In this document: piece after piece, positions 15,115 to 27,962 of the stretch
Position numbering within the stretch: position 1 is the stretch's first letter
How the letters are laid out: the number at the start of each line of letters is the position of its first letter
Assembly (NCBI GenBank): GCA_021613535.1
Contig: CP075493.1
Location: forward strand, 15,500,001-15,564,000
Direction: 5' to 3'
Length of the DNA: 64,000 nt
Source of the DNA: Adineta vaga
Taxonomy: Eukaryota; Animalia; Rotifera
Position numbers and translations under genes: made by a program
Notes under the pieces: model-generated
Seen by the model: only the letters and a program-made list of their open reading frames with translations
Databases searched by the model: none
Told to the model about the DNA's origin: nothing

Positions 15115-15446
15115 CGTCTTTCATGAATGAATTGATGTATAAGAGTGAATTTCTTTTTTTTTCTTTTTTGCTGAAATCTTATACAAAACTAATCATATTC
15201 ACCTTTACATCCTTCGCTCTCTCGTTTCTTTCGGTATTTTATAAATTAGATTTATAAATAACTCTCAAGTTGAAACAGATAGAAAGAACATATTTTGCTC
15301 CTATATTATTTCATGAGTCCATCTGATCATAAGCGACGCTGATCTTTTTCTGAAAGAATTTTCTTAAAAAAAAACAGAAGTGTGGTACCATGATTACCCT
15401 TCGACTCGCTTCTTTCAAAGTAAAAAACTCCTTTTCCGTATGTATG

Positions 15447-16608
15447 ACATGAAAAAATACATTTTAGATTTAATTAAAACTGATAAAAATCAAAGATTTT
15501 ATTTTGGAAAAAAATTGCAAATACTTCTATGCAATTGGAAAACGTTCTTATTAATATTTTTAGTCACAAGTTATTTGATTATTTCATCATTCTATCGAAA
15601 TGAACAACAAACAAATCTTGATACATGTGCTGATTCGATTTTAAATTGGTGTAAAGAAAATAGAATTGATCGAACGGAATGTTCATGGGCAACTGGAACA
15701 TTTCGTAATCATTTTTATAATTTAGCTCATTTAATTAATTCTCCGTATCCTGAATCAATCAATTGATCCATGGATATGGCGAGGTGGTCAATGAAGAATA
15801 GGAAGTGATTTAAGAAAAGCTTTACTTTATCCAAAATATCAAACAAATTCATTTAGTCCATTTTATTATGGAATTTATGATGCAAAAGAAATTTGTTCAT
15901 TTCATGAACTTCTAACAATGATTTATCAACATCCAAAATATTTAACATATACAAATTTATTTGTCAATTCAAATTATCCTGCAACGAAATTATTACATCA
16001 AGCTATTTTTCGAGATTATCGGAAAAAGATTATTCTGATCATGAATAATGAACCAGATTCGAAAATATTAACAGAACTTAATGAATGGGCATTGGAAGAA
16101 TAGCTTGTGCTTTTCTTTGATCTGTAACATGATCTTCTACATATAGATTTACAATCAAAATATCTCGTAGAAAAGCTGCAGATACAAATGCAAACATTGT
16201 TATTGCCGATGAAGAACCGGAAATAATAACAGCTGTACTTTGTGTACCTTGCATAACCATATCAAATGCATAGAGAACTTCTGCACTAGCAGTAATCGGT
16301 GTTGGATCTGTGTTATAATCACGGTCAATCATAAAATCATGAAATGATTGAACTGATTTTTGTATTTGATGAAGTTGTAAATCACTTCGAAGTGAATTTG
16401 AAGTGGCAAAATGAATTGAACCTTGAAGTTGTTGGATCATTTGTTCTCTTGTAAATTCAATTAACAACATTGCATCGTTTTGTGGTTCAGAAAATAATAA
16501 TAACGATGGTTTTGATGATTTATAACACAAGCATTTCATTCATGGCCTGCAGATGTTTATTGGATTAAAAGAAATTCATCTCTATGTATTTCGAACTAAT
16601 ATTAATTA
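15447..16608 (+). pseudogene. Disrupted type-II membrane protein, possibly glycosyltransferase-like
   Basis: N-terminal TM segment, then DPWIWRGG, FYYGIYD and LTYTNLFVNSNY in broken frames. Interrupted at ~16100-16520 by an opposite-strand coding segment. Confidence 0.45.
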
Positions 16609-16742
16609 GAATTCTTATTATGTTCTCTTTTATTTGTAATAAAATAAAGAAATTTAATTGATTCATAATTCTGCATATAGCAATAGAAAACATGGGTTAA
16701 CGTTTTATAAAAAGAGAAAAATCTATATATATATATATATTA

Positions 16743-18101
16743 TTAAAGAGAAGCAAATCGAATATAATCAATACCGAATTCGATATTATTTCCTTTTTGT
16801 ATAGGTTCAATTTTTAATCGACGTACAATTCCATACCATTTAGAATTCTTCGATAAATCTATTATATACTCTTTCCATTTTTCATTATTTTTCATTTCAA
16901 TTAATATTCTATCATTCTTATTGAACGATTCTTCGATATTTCTACTCCAGAATATTTGAATTTTGTTATAATTCATATTAATTATTATTTTCTTCACTAT
17001 TGATGTATCAATCATAATTTCTGGACTTAATAAGTAAAAATTTTCATCTTCTAGTGATAAAAACCATTTGCCATTCAATGGTTTATTTGAATTCAATCTT
17101 GTTTTCCATCCTTCTGTATTTCCATCTTGATTAAATTCATAAGATTTAGGATTTTGAGCAGTATATTGTTTTAAACTAAAATTTCCTATCTCAATTGTCC
17201 CATTATTTAATCCTGTAACTTCCCATCCAATATTCATTCCTCCAACATAATATTTACTAAGATCAGTTGAATTCAAAAACCCACGTTGAACAGCTGCTTC
17301 AAGTCCTAATCGAACAAATGGCATCATATCACCATTAATATGTACAACGCTTTGAGAATGTACAGATATATTTGCAAAATTTGAAAAAGCTGGTTGATAT
17401 ATTAATGAACCTGTACCTTTATCACCATTTATATAGAGAGGACTCATAGGAAAACGATCGTCATACAGACAAATTCCTAACCAAAAATATTTACCATAAT
17501 CTGGATCACCGGGAGATAAATTTTGAATTGTCATATAAAGAAGAAATTGTCCTGCATGAATATTTGGATTATAACCTGGTTGAATATGTTGATTCATATA
17601 TAATAATTGAATATCCAAATTCCATCGTAATTCAGTAACTTGATTTAATGATATTGAACCAGAAGATTTTCCAATACTTTGTTGTAATAAAAGTGCCACC
17701 CATGGTTCATTTTGTGTTCTATACTTACCTTGATATTCATGATAGCCATTAACTGAGATTTGTAATCGATTATCTTGAAAAAGGATAAAACGTTTGTCTT
17801 CAGATGACCATTGCATACCTTTACTCTTTCCATCATTTACAAATATTCCAGTGGTTGATATATTTGAATGACTATCCCATTGTGCCATTTGCCATAATGC
17901 ACTTTTATTTGTTGTCGTTGAAAATGGATTATATAAACGAAATTGTGGTCCCCTAGCACATGCGTCTGGATCGATAAAACAAGCTGGAATAACACTAAAT
18001 CCTTGGGTATAATTTACATCAGAAAGAAGTTCGATTCCTTGGAAATACGACGAATAACTTCCTGAAAAATATGTGAATAAAATCAAAATCAGTAAAAACA
18101 T
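16743..18101 (-). CDS. Secreted hypothetical protein, intronless, bacterial-like, with C-terminal carbohydrate-binding-like module
   Basis: 452-aa ORF with signal peptide; Trp/Gly/Asn-rich beta domain (WVALLLQQ, YFWLGICLYDDR, GGMNIGWEVTG); C-terminal YEFNQDGNTEGW...WKEYIIDLS...WYG...IDYIRF module. Confidence 0.85.
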   Translation of the reverse strand: MFLLILILFTYFSGSYSSYFQGIELLSDVNYTQGFSVIPACFIDPDACARGPQFRLYNPFSTTTNKSALWQMAQWDSHSNISTTGIFVNDGKSKGMQWSSEDKRFILFQDNRLQISVNGYHEYQGKYRTQNEPWVALLLQQSIGKSSGSISLNQVTELRWNLDIQLLYMNQHIQPGYNPNIHAGQFLLYMTIQNLSPGDPDYGKYFWLGICLYDDRFPMSPLYINGDKGTGSLIYQPAFSNFANISVHSQSVVHINGDMMPFVRLGLEAAVQRGFLNSTDLSKYYVGGMNIGWEVTGLNNGTIEIGNFSLKQYTAQNPKSYEFNQDGNTEGWKTRLNSNKPLNGKWFLSLEDENFYLLSPEIMIDTSIVKKIIINMNYNKIQIFWSRNIEESFNKNDRILIEMKNNEKWKEYIIDLSKNSKWYGIVRRLKIEPIQKGNNIEFGIDYIRFASL

Positions 18102-19305
18102 TTTGAAATTACAAAAAAAAACTTTATTCTCATATAAATATTACCAGATAATATCATTCTCATTCACGTAGTTACTGCTATGAGAATATTAAGCATCTGG
18201 TTAACTATATCATTTATAGATACGTGCAGTTCTGATGTCCTTCAAATAGATTGCTTTGTACTAAGTAAAATACGACAATTGAATAGCAGAGATAATCTGC
18301 ACGTGTACGTCATACACCAAAGAGCTTCCAATAAATATTCACAATCTAAGTAAATTATTTTATCCGTTTCTAGCACTGAGTCTGTCTTTGAATGCCGTTG
18401 CATTTTTTTTAGTCTAAAAGTTAGAGCAATCAGACGAGAAAATTTTCTCGATTATTTCTGTCAAACGAAATCGTATCTATCAACTTTAATAATCTCTCAA
18501 AGATAATCGTAATCAAGAAGATTAACACAAATATTGATGAACTTGACTGATATCTATTGAATAACGAATGTCGCATTGATGGCACATATGCTATAACATG
18601 ATAATAGCGTTAACTTCCCCTACATCGAATCAGCTATGTTCCTTTCTTGATTTATTTGTTACCCTTATTAGGATAAAAAAAAAGAACACTTTAAAGTAAG
18701 ACTTTATTATTGGTAAAAATTCCAACTCGTTTGGACGATATCTGACGGAGATATTTAAATTTCTCATCGTTGGATTATTTATAGTTCACCCTGCATTTAG
18801 AGTAACTTTGACACAACATATACATAGATAGAGAGACATGACAAAAAAGAAAAGAACTTCTACGATGTACGATGATTTGTATTCTGTTCTATTCGTTATT
18901 TATTCTAATAACAATATAGCACAATGTGATTTTGTCATGTTGACAATCATTGTTATCTTAATTTCCTCTTCTTCTTCTTCTTATCACTCTTGATTTAATT
19001 TTCGATGTATGTCGAGAAAAAACATAGTTAGTCTGTTCGCCTACGTAGTATTTACTTGCCATATGATTAGATCAATGATATATCTTCCTTTCCATCGCAC
19101 GTTGTTTATAAGAGATAGAGGAAATTATATAAACAAAGTCGAGATGGTGACAATCAAGAAAGTATTTTAGAGATTCAGTATTTAGAGCAACAGAAGAAAA
19201 TCATCGAATGTTATATTTATATTCACGCTTCGAGACAATAATCGAAAATGTTTATGAATTTTATTTCTATCAATTAAAATAATCAAATATTTTATGCGTA
19301 ATTCA

Positions 19306-20370
19306 ATGAAATTCATTTATCCCATACTTCTACTTGTTATCTATGTTGATACTTTTGTTCATTGTCGACGTGTGTATGACCATCGTTTTTATAGAAGTAA
19401 ATTTATTTTCTTTTTTTGTTGAAAATATATTGTTTCTTGTGCAGATGATACCCAATATAATAATAGTATTCAGGCAGAAACTGAATCATGTGGAACTTAT
19501 ATATGTCGATTACAGCTAGCACTATTTTGTGCTTTTATTGCTAATCTGACCGTATATCCATTCGTAGTGTTTGCTTCATGGTGGCTCTGTAAGCATGGAA
19601 AAAAACCGGCCGAAGACAATGATCCGTCCGTTCATTTAACAGCTCATAACATTGATAGACAAGAAGACTTACATATCAACCCTATTCAATCAGGTATTTG
19701 GTCAAGTCAATATTTTCATGATAGAAGATGGCATGGACCTAATGAATTTCCACTTGTATTCAATTCTCAAACGAAGAAAATCAAAGGAGCAGGATCAGAT
19801 GATGGTGGAATCTTTATTATTGAAGGATCTTACTCAACTGAAACAAATCGAATTAAATTAACTAAAGGTTACCGCTCAACGCCTAGTAATAGGGAAGATC
19901 TAGGATTTTGGGGGAAAATTATTTTAATATGGAAACCAGAAAATAATCAATTTGAAGGTAATTACCGTATGATGAAATCGAAGTATATAACATACCATGG
20001 TGAGTTTATTCTTCGATTTTCTAAAGACGCAGTTGCAAGTAAGTATTTATCTTCATATCAAACAATTTTTCTTTTATTTATTCTTTAGTTTTAACTGATA
20101 GAAATGGTACATTTAATATTAATTCTTATTATACAGAATCATTAAATAATTACATAATACATGAAGATTATTCTTATTTATTATCAATAATAAACCCACA
20201 AATCGAACAAATAATCAAATATAAAAATTTATGTTCGAATTCTTTAATATTATATATCTATATTTCTACATTATTTGTATTTTTGATTATTTTTTGGATA
20301 GTATTCGTAGATATATTTCCATATCCATTTGCTTATGCAATGCCAATTTTTCAATTTCTACACGTGTAAG
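19306..20370 (+). CDS. Multi-exon membrane protein of unknown function
   Basis: Signal-like MKFIYPILLLVIY spliced in frame to a TM segment and the 19567-20088 ORF (SGIWSSQYFH...GSDDGGIFIIEGSY). A further exon follows at 20089; it may continue into the 20487-20726 ORF. Confidence 0.65.
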
Positions 20371-21539
20371 TATATATGTTTTTGATTAGCTCAGATCGAA
20401 TTGTCTAGAAAATAATAATGGCTTCTATTCCAAATCGATTTGTTTTTCTTTGACTAAGAACTTATCGGACATTCTATATTGATAAATTGATCATCTCATT
20501 TAGAGTCGCTATTTTAACTATTATTAGTCACATTTTTAACTGTAAAATTAAACTCATTAAGAAACATATACAATCATTTGTAAGAAAATTTCGAAGTCGA
20601 AGAACTACTTTTTCACAAACAACAAATGATTCTATATGGAATATAGAATTTGGTGATAGGGAAAAACCTATAGTAAGTGATTACTTTCGAAGTATCACAT
20701 ATTTTCCTAGACATCATTTCTTTTAGTTAACTGTGCAACATTCTTTATTATGTGAAAGAGATATTATAAATCCAATCCCAACGACTTCATCCTTCCCGTA
20801 ATTATCTACGGATAGGTTTCAATCAGAAATGGCGAATCAGATATATAGTGCACCAGAACTATAACACAATACAATCCATAATTTAATTTTTAAATCTAAT
20901 AAAAAAATGTCTAGTTGACATTTCTATCCCTTAATTTCATATTTGACTTTGTACTCAGCTTATTTTTTAGTTTTCACATGATTATCATTACAACTTTCGA
21001 AAATAAAGATCATCTTTTCATTATCCGATATTCTTATAGCTCATGTATTACTTACTTATCATTATTTTAGTTCTATAATCTTGAAAAATCTTCTAATGAA
21101 TATTGTCATCATTATTTATCTGATGGTTATGAATTTAGCTCATTAAGACAATGATTTTCTTTATGGTTTCAAGAAAAATACCCAACTTTCTTTAATTATG
21201 ATCGATTGAAATTACGATATGTAAATCCATTATCTTCTTGTTAGTTAATATCTGGTTAAATGAAGCCTTAATCGAAGAAGTTACTGTCCCTAATAACAAA
21301 TTATCTCTCAAAACAATTGACCTATAATGAATAAGACTTTTAGAATGGATTGATTAATAATGGGAAAAGAAAGAAATAAGTTTACTGTGATACAACAATT
21401 TTTATGAATTGAAAAGTTTTGTAAAGTATTAATAGAAAGGTAGAGTCATGTCATTAATAATTATTGATAAGTGGTAGAATTGGTGGTCAAGTATGTTTAT
21501 ATAATTATTCTTATCAAAAATAAAATATGCATAACAAAT

Positions 21540-22108
21540 ATTACTCATTTCTGCAGATATTCAGAGTATTATATTTCTGCGAGTGGAGTAAGGTCATTCA
21601 TTGGGTTAGATATTTCATTAACACGGAATAATAGCAGTATTAGTTGTTTATCTTTCTGCAATAAACGAGTACAACAAAGCATCATTATACTGCTTGTTTT
21701 TGAAATTATGTTTTCGTAAGACATCTTCTAAAACAAGACTAAGTTTTCCAAACCTTCGTATCGATGGTTTATTTCATAGAGATATATCGACTAGTTCATT
21801 TGTAAGATATAACCAAATAAAGAAGACACGTTTTAAGTTGGAAGAAATCACCTTCATTGATTCAGTTAATATGCTTCTGTATCTAAAGCCGTAAATGGAT
21901 TGGGTATGGTTAAAATATTAGCAATTAATTTGGGACTTTTGAGATATTCTATCAACGAAGGAATATTTTCTTTCGTCAAACTATTATCGAGATAGGATAT
22001 TGAATAGATGTCATCACTTCTAGAAATAATTATAAAATGAAAAGCAGTATTGATTAGGGTGCGTTTTATATTATCGAAAATATCCTTATGACGTAGAGAA
22101 GATGACAT
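21540..22108 (-). pseudogene. Degenerate coding remnant
   Basis: ORF 21866-22108 followed by broken frames of coding-like composition. Confidence 0.25.
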
Positions 22109-22763
22109 AACATTTCATCTTGAAAAAAACACACTTCTAGTGGCACAAAAAATAATTATTCAGTGTTTAGAAACGTGAAACACGAATACATAAATGTGTG
22201 AAATATTTTCAAAACAATCTTTTCATTCTCTTGCTTATAGATCGAATAGTATCAGCGTATGTAGAACTATTTTCTGCATATCATAATGAGCTGAGCATAT
22301 CTTTGAAGATGTGAATTTTTCTTTTTCATCCACACTCTCACAAACTATGTAGTTTATTTTAAAAGATAATGAAAAGTATGATTATTCAAATAATTGATGA
22401 TTGTTTTAATTTACGAGTTCAAAGTAATCGATTTTCGAGGAATGACTGTTACGGCTGTTTCATTGTCTTTATTTTATTAGCTGTTTGTACCAATATAGGT
22501 AAGGGTGAATGTGTTCTTGTGACTATTAACCATACCCTCATAGTCATAAAAGTTTTCGTTTGTTATCGTAACTCGATCATAGAAATAGCGAAGTTTTATA
22601 ATAATTTCCTTCTTCAATGAACGATTTGTTTCTCAAAAATTTATGTAAGACTCATTCTAATGTACATTTTGAAAACTATAGTATTTTGGAGTTTTAATTA
22701 ACTTGGAGAAAACACTTTTTATAGTGATATAAAAATAGTGTAGTTTTATGTGAATATAAAGTC

Positions 22764-24512
22764 TTATTTATAACCAATCTGATCCCATAAATCACAATCA
22801 TCTTTGACATAATTTTCTCCCAATTGAAACGGATTTTGAATATACAAATATGTTTCATTTCCACTAGTGAATTTTGTCCATGATAAAGGTACACTTGACG
22901 GATCATTTGGATTTTCACTTTTCGCAAAATTTGTCCAAAAGGTAGCCATACCGTGAGATATGTATCGACGAATATCCGTAAAACGTTCCCAAGATGATTG
23001 AAATATATATGATAATTCATCTGCATGGCATGCATGATCGGGACAATTCAATGAACTTACTCTGTTGTACGGATAACCAAATACATAAGAATATGTTGCA
23101 GCTTTTCGAGCAAAAACACGAGTTGAACAAGTAAAGATCCATTCTGTCGCAATTCTAACAATATTTGGTCGTTGATCAATTGAACCTATTGGTGGATAAT
23201 GTTCAAGAACTTTCAATGCTTTTTCACCAAAAAGGCCAATAACCATTCCAATATATTCACTAAGCGTTACATTTCTTTTCAATAGAGAATAAATTATAGA
23301 ATAAAATTCGTCAGTTAATGTACCGATGATCAATGGTTTGAGTGGAAATGATACATTTCGAATTGTAGTAATAAGTGTTCCATGAACAATATCATTATCA
23401 ATGACTGGTGACCATGGTTCGATGAAAAGTAGAATATTCAATGCAGTCACCTTTTGATTTACTTCATTTTGAGCAATAATAAGTTCATCAGCTGAACGAG
23501 AACGAAAACATGTGAAATTATTTGGCGAACAATGTAATTGTTCAGCAAGAAGAACACTTGGTGTAACATTATCCAAATACGTTCTAATTAATAGTAAAGA
23601 AAATTCGTTATCTTCATATAGGAACACTGTACCTGAATGGAATATTCATGGGAGAACTTTGAATAATTGCTCGTTGAAAATGTCCTTGTACCTCTTCAGT
23701 TACATAATGAAGAGCAACTGATTGTGCTCCAGAACTTTGTCCGAATAATGTAATCTGATTAGGATTACCACCAAATGCATTTATGTTATTTTTTATCCAG
23801 GTAATAGCCATACGCTGATCAAGTATTCCATAATTACCTTTAATATCATTAGGACCATTGCCAGTTGCCAAAAAGCCAAGAACACCTATAGAGTTTAACA
23901 AAGACTTTGTAAATAAATGGTGAATAGATGTTTATAAGTTACCTAATCGGTACTGAATTAAGGCAACGATGATATTTGTATTATTTACCAAACGTTCAGA
24001 TTCGTGGACCGGATCCGATGCAAAACCATATTGAAAACCACCACCATGAATAAAAATCATCACAGGAAGAAGATTTGTCGATGATAAGTTACTTGTTAAT
24101 GGTGTGAAAATATTCAAATAAAGACAATCTTCCGACATCTAAATATTAATGAATGATGTAAAATCTCTGATTCCGTTGTAGATCAAAGACTTACAACAGG
24201 TAGAGTGTTAGATGATTGTGGAACCGGAGGTTGAGGACACGCCGGTGCTGGCCGCGTAGCGTTGATTATTTTTGGATCCCATTTTGTAACCAAGACTGGT
24301 GGTTGCCATCTATTCAAAAATAAATAAAAATAATTTCGATAAATTCGTTACCTCAATGGACCCACAGGTGGTTGAGCATATGGAATTCCATAAAAGATAC
24401 GAGACATATTCGTTTGATAACCTGATATGTCACCATATTGTGTATGAACAGTGACTGATTCATCAGCAGAAGTATTTGATATTAGAAAAAATAAAATGAA
24501 AAACAACATCAT
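22764..24512 (-). CDS. Secreted type-B carboxylesterase/cholinesterase-like, multi-exon
   Basis: Signal peptide, GIPYAQPPVGPLRW, SEDCLYLNIF, HGGGF, GNYGILDQ, nucleophile GQSSG, TDE (Glu), CHADEL (His); ~55-nt introns. Confidence 0.93.
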
Positions 24513-24760
24513 TGTGTTGCCCAACTCAGTCTTTTTACTAACGTAAATACACACGTGATAAGATAGAAATTATTATCGTGTAAATTATCTTTTGAAGAAA
24601 GATATAAGACATAAATTTTAACTGTTTTTCTTTCTCGATGTAACGAAGAAGAAGAAAAAACATTTGTTTTGTAATAATTTTTACCAATTAGGAGACGAAC
24701 AAGAAAGAAGCTTGTATTTCATATTTTAATTAAAAAACAAACAACGTCTTCATCTTCGGT

Positions 24761-24816
24761 GAGGGTGGGTGTGTGGGTGAGAATGATGGTGTTTTGGTGA
24801 CTCTTAACCACACCCT
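24761..24816. repeat. Short GGGTGT/CCACACCC palindromic element, copy 1
   Basis: GAGGGTGGGTGTGTGGG...CCACACCCT. Confidence 0.6.
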
Positions 24817-25183
24817 TCTTGGCGCTTTGCACACTGCTCGAAGATGAGGATGAGATACAGGAATATGTTCGCTCTCATCCGAAAAAACTAGTTCAAAGAA
24901 GAAGTGATTGCCACTTTTTTCAAAATGTAATTTTTTTACAATCGAAGTTGCTAGAAGGCATTAATGCACATTTCTCATCGCTGCTTGATGTAAAAGCTTT
25001 CAAATTTTTAAACTCACAATCTTGCTTCTGTTGTTTTCAAGTAGTTTCGTGCTGAAACGTAGTGAAATTAAAGCAAGCATTGTTTTTCAAGTTGGTATTA
25101 TTCTTTTACCAAGACTACTCGTTCTCAAACTGAACAAGATCGAATCATTTTCTCTTACACTTTCAGTGAGTCGACTATCCGTT

Positions 25184-27505
25184 ATGACAAACATCGTTGT
25201 TGCCTGGCTTCATCCGATTTTCGATGAATTAAACGGCGACGAAAAAAATGCATTGGCTCAACTTCAGCAAATCACGAATAATATTAGTTTCTTCGTTGAT
25301 ACCGATCGGTGTGTTGACTTTATCACAGAACTACAGAATCAAAAAGTGTTCTTGGTCGTTTCGTGCGATGTCGGGCAATGCATAGTACCGTGCATCCATG
25401 ATGTTACTCATATTGATTTGATCTACGTTTTTTGTCCCCAGCACTGTAACCATGAACAATGGATGGGAGAGTATAGAAAGATCAAAGGTGTTTTTGCAAA
25501 TAATAATGCGATCTGTGAATCGCTGAAAAAAATTACACAACATCTGAATCAGAATTCCCTTGCCTTCAACTTGGTAACGAAAAAAGAAGTTAAAACTAAA
25601 GATCTAAACGAACTCAATCCATCTTTTATGTACACGAAACTACTGAAAGAAGTGCTACTCGAAATTCAATTTAATGGCGAAGTCGTTAAACAGCTAATCG
25701 ATTACTGGCGTGATCAATTTGCTAACAACCATTCTACTCTACGAAGAATTAACAAGTTCGAGCAAGAATATCGTCAACATCAACCCACATGGTGGTACAC
25801 ATATGAAAGCTTGCTATACGAAACACTCAACCGAGCTCTTCGCACCATGAATACTGACATCATCGTGAGAATGGGATTCTTTTTGAAAGATCTACATTGC
25901 GATATTGAGCAGCTTCATTCACAACAGATGGCTCGCTTATTCCATCAGACATTTACCGTTTATCGAGGCCAGGGAGTATCTAAAGACGATTTTGAACAAC
26001 TATCCAAAACTAAAGGAGGACTCTTATCATTTAACAACTTTTTATCGACTACTTTGGATCATGACATCTCTTTTTTCCGTGCTGAGAGTAACCTGGAAAA
26101 TCCGGATTTGGTAGGAATTCATTTTAAGATCCATGTTCATCCTTCGTCTGCATCAATTCCTTTCGCTCATTTGGATAACGTCAGTTATTACAATGATCAA
26201 GAGAGTGAAATATTATTTTCAATGCATGCCATTTTTCGTATTGATCATATTGAATCCGTCGATGATGCTAAACGACTATGGAGAGTAGGTCTCACTCTAA
26301 CAGAAGACAATGATGAGTTGCTTCAAACTCTTACTCAACGAATACGAAATGAAATGTCTGAAAGTGGCCAAGGATGGTTTCGATTGGGTGCCTTGTTTAT
26401 CAAGTTAGGACATTTCGATAAGGCCGAGCAACTGTATACGAGCCTCATGAAACACGCTATGGGATCGGAAAAGGGAGCTTTATTTAATGCCATGGGAATC
26501 GTGCAGAACAAGCTCGGAAACTACGAAGAGGCACTTTCATTCTACAACAAAGCGCTTGGAATAGCCAGAACAGTATATCCAGCGAATCACTATTCTCTAG
26601 CCGATTTGTATAACAACATGGGCTTAGCGTATACGAGTATCGGCCAGTACTCCGAGGCACTTTCGGTTCACCAAAGTTCTCTCAAAATCCGTGAAAATCT
26701 CATTCCTGAAGAAGCATTGGATATTGCTGCGTCGTGTGCCAACATTGGTTCATTATTGCAGGAAACGGGTGAGTATGTGAAGGCTCTTTCGTATCATCAG
26801 AGAGCAGCAGATATTTTTGAAAAAGTGTTGCCTACTTATCATCCTGACTTGGCTACTGCTTACAATAACATTGGTGTGGTACTATTGAACATGGGAGAGT
26901 ATTCCAAAGCACTTCGGACACACGAAAAAGCACTTGACATACGGCTCAGAGTACTTCCTATGAACCATCCCGCTTTCGCTGAATCCTACAGAAACATGGC
27001 TCTTGTACTTGAAGATATGAGACAGTACGAAAAAGCAATCTCGTTTAACATCAAGGGAATCGAAATTCTTCGACAAACATCTACACCATATCATCCAGAC
27101 TTGGCTGGATTTTACAATAATCTCGCTGTGATTTATCAAGAGATTGGTGACTATACGAAAGCACTATCGTTCCATACAGACGCACTTGAGATTTGCCAGA
27201 AAACACTCCCGTCAAATCACTCCAGTATCGCTACTTCTTATCACAACATGGGTATGGTATGTTTCAATTTGGGAAAGTATTCTGAAGCACTTTCGTTGTA
27301 CGAGAAAGCACTCCGAATTTTTCGACAAACATATGCTGAAGACCATCCTTGTTATGGTACTTTATACAAAAACATATATATGGTATGTTTGCACTTGGAT
27401 GATTTATCGCGCGCCTTGGAAATGCTACGACTACTACTACCGTCTGATCATACTGATCTTAAACAGGTCGAATATCTGATTAGTCTGGGAGGAGGTCTTT
27501 TGTAA
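25184..27505 (+). CDS. ADP-ribosyltransferase (R-S-E type) + TPR-repeat protein
   Basis: N-terminal alpha/beta domain, WWYT and LNRALR motifs, ART motifs VYRGQ, FLSTT and ESEILF, then 42-aa TPRs. A splice acceptor at ~25166 suggests an upstream exon is possible. Confidence 0.9.
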   Translation: MTNIVVAWLHPIFDELNGDEKNALAQLQQITNNISFFVDTDRCVDFITELQNQKVFLVVSCDVGQCIVPCIHDVTHIDLIYVFCPQHCNHEQWMGEYRKIKGVFANNNAICESLKKITQHLNQNSLAFNLVTKKEVKTKDLNELNPSFMYTKLLKEVLLEIQFNGEVVKQLIDYWRDQFANNHSTLRRINKFEQEYRQHQPTWWYTYESLLYETLNRALRTMNTDIIVRMGFFLKDLHCDIEQLHSQQMARLFHQTFTVYRGQGVSKDDFEQLSKTKGGLLSFNNFLSTTLDHDISFFRAESNLENPDLVGIHFKIHVHPSSASIPFAHLDNVSYYNDQESEILFSMHAIFRIDHIESVDDAKRLWRVGLTLTEDNDELLQTLTQRIRNEMSESGQGWFRLGALFIKLGHFDKAEQLYTSLMKHAMGSEKGALFNAMGIVQNKLGNYEEALSFYNKALGIARTVYPANHYSLADLYNNMGLAYTSIGQYSEALSVHQSSLKIRENLIPEEALDIAASCANIGSLLQETGEYVKALSYHQRAADIFEKVLPTYHPDLATAYNNIGVVLLNMGEYSKALRTHEKALDIRLRVLPMNHPAFAESYRNMALVLEDMRQYEKAISFNIKGIEILRQTSTPYHPDLAGFYNNLAVIYQEIGDYTKALSFHTDALEICQKTLPSNHSSIATSYHNMGMVCFNLGKYSEALSLYEKALRIFRQTYAEDHPCYGTLYKNIYMVCLHLDDLSRALEMLRLLLPSDHTDLKQVEYLISLGGGLL

Positions 27506-27962
27506 AAAGAAAAAGCGTAGATGATATACTGAAATCAGAGACCAGGAAGGATGGGTGAGGGTCAATTAGAGAGGTACAACATATTTAAAAAACCCTTTGA
27601 ATGATGTACAGTGAGAAAATAACATAATGCTCGCTAGATTTTGTCATTTGTTGATTCGGTGCGGCGAGATTTGTGGGTTTATTGAAGAAATTCTGAATGA
27701 GTAATTTCGATTAGAATATTTAAAGAAACGAGAAAAAGTTACTTTGAATGCAGGAAAGACAAGTACCCGGGTCGATCTACACGTTTATGACATTATTCAG
27801 ATTCATTGGGAGTAGGAATGTGGATTTTTCTTTTTCTTCATTCACACTTTCACTCACATCTGAAAGAGATAGTTAAGTAACTCGGTGTCGTGTGATACAT
27901 ATTGAAAACTATCAGTAGTCAAATGACCAATAATTAATTGTCTTAGTTTATGAGTTCGAAGG

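Noticed and set aside
25022-25183. N-terminal extension of the 827-aa ORF from a TTG start
   Set aside because: Eukaryotic context; the segment looks intronic and ends in a splice acceptor.
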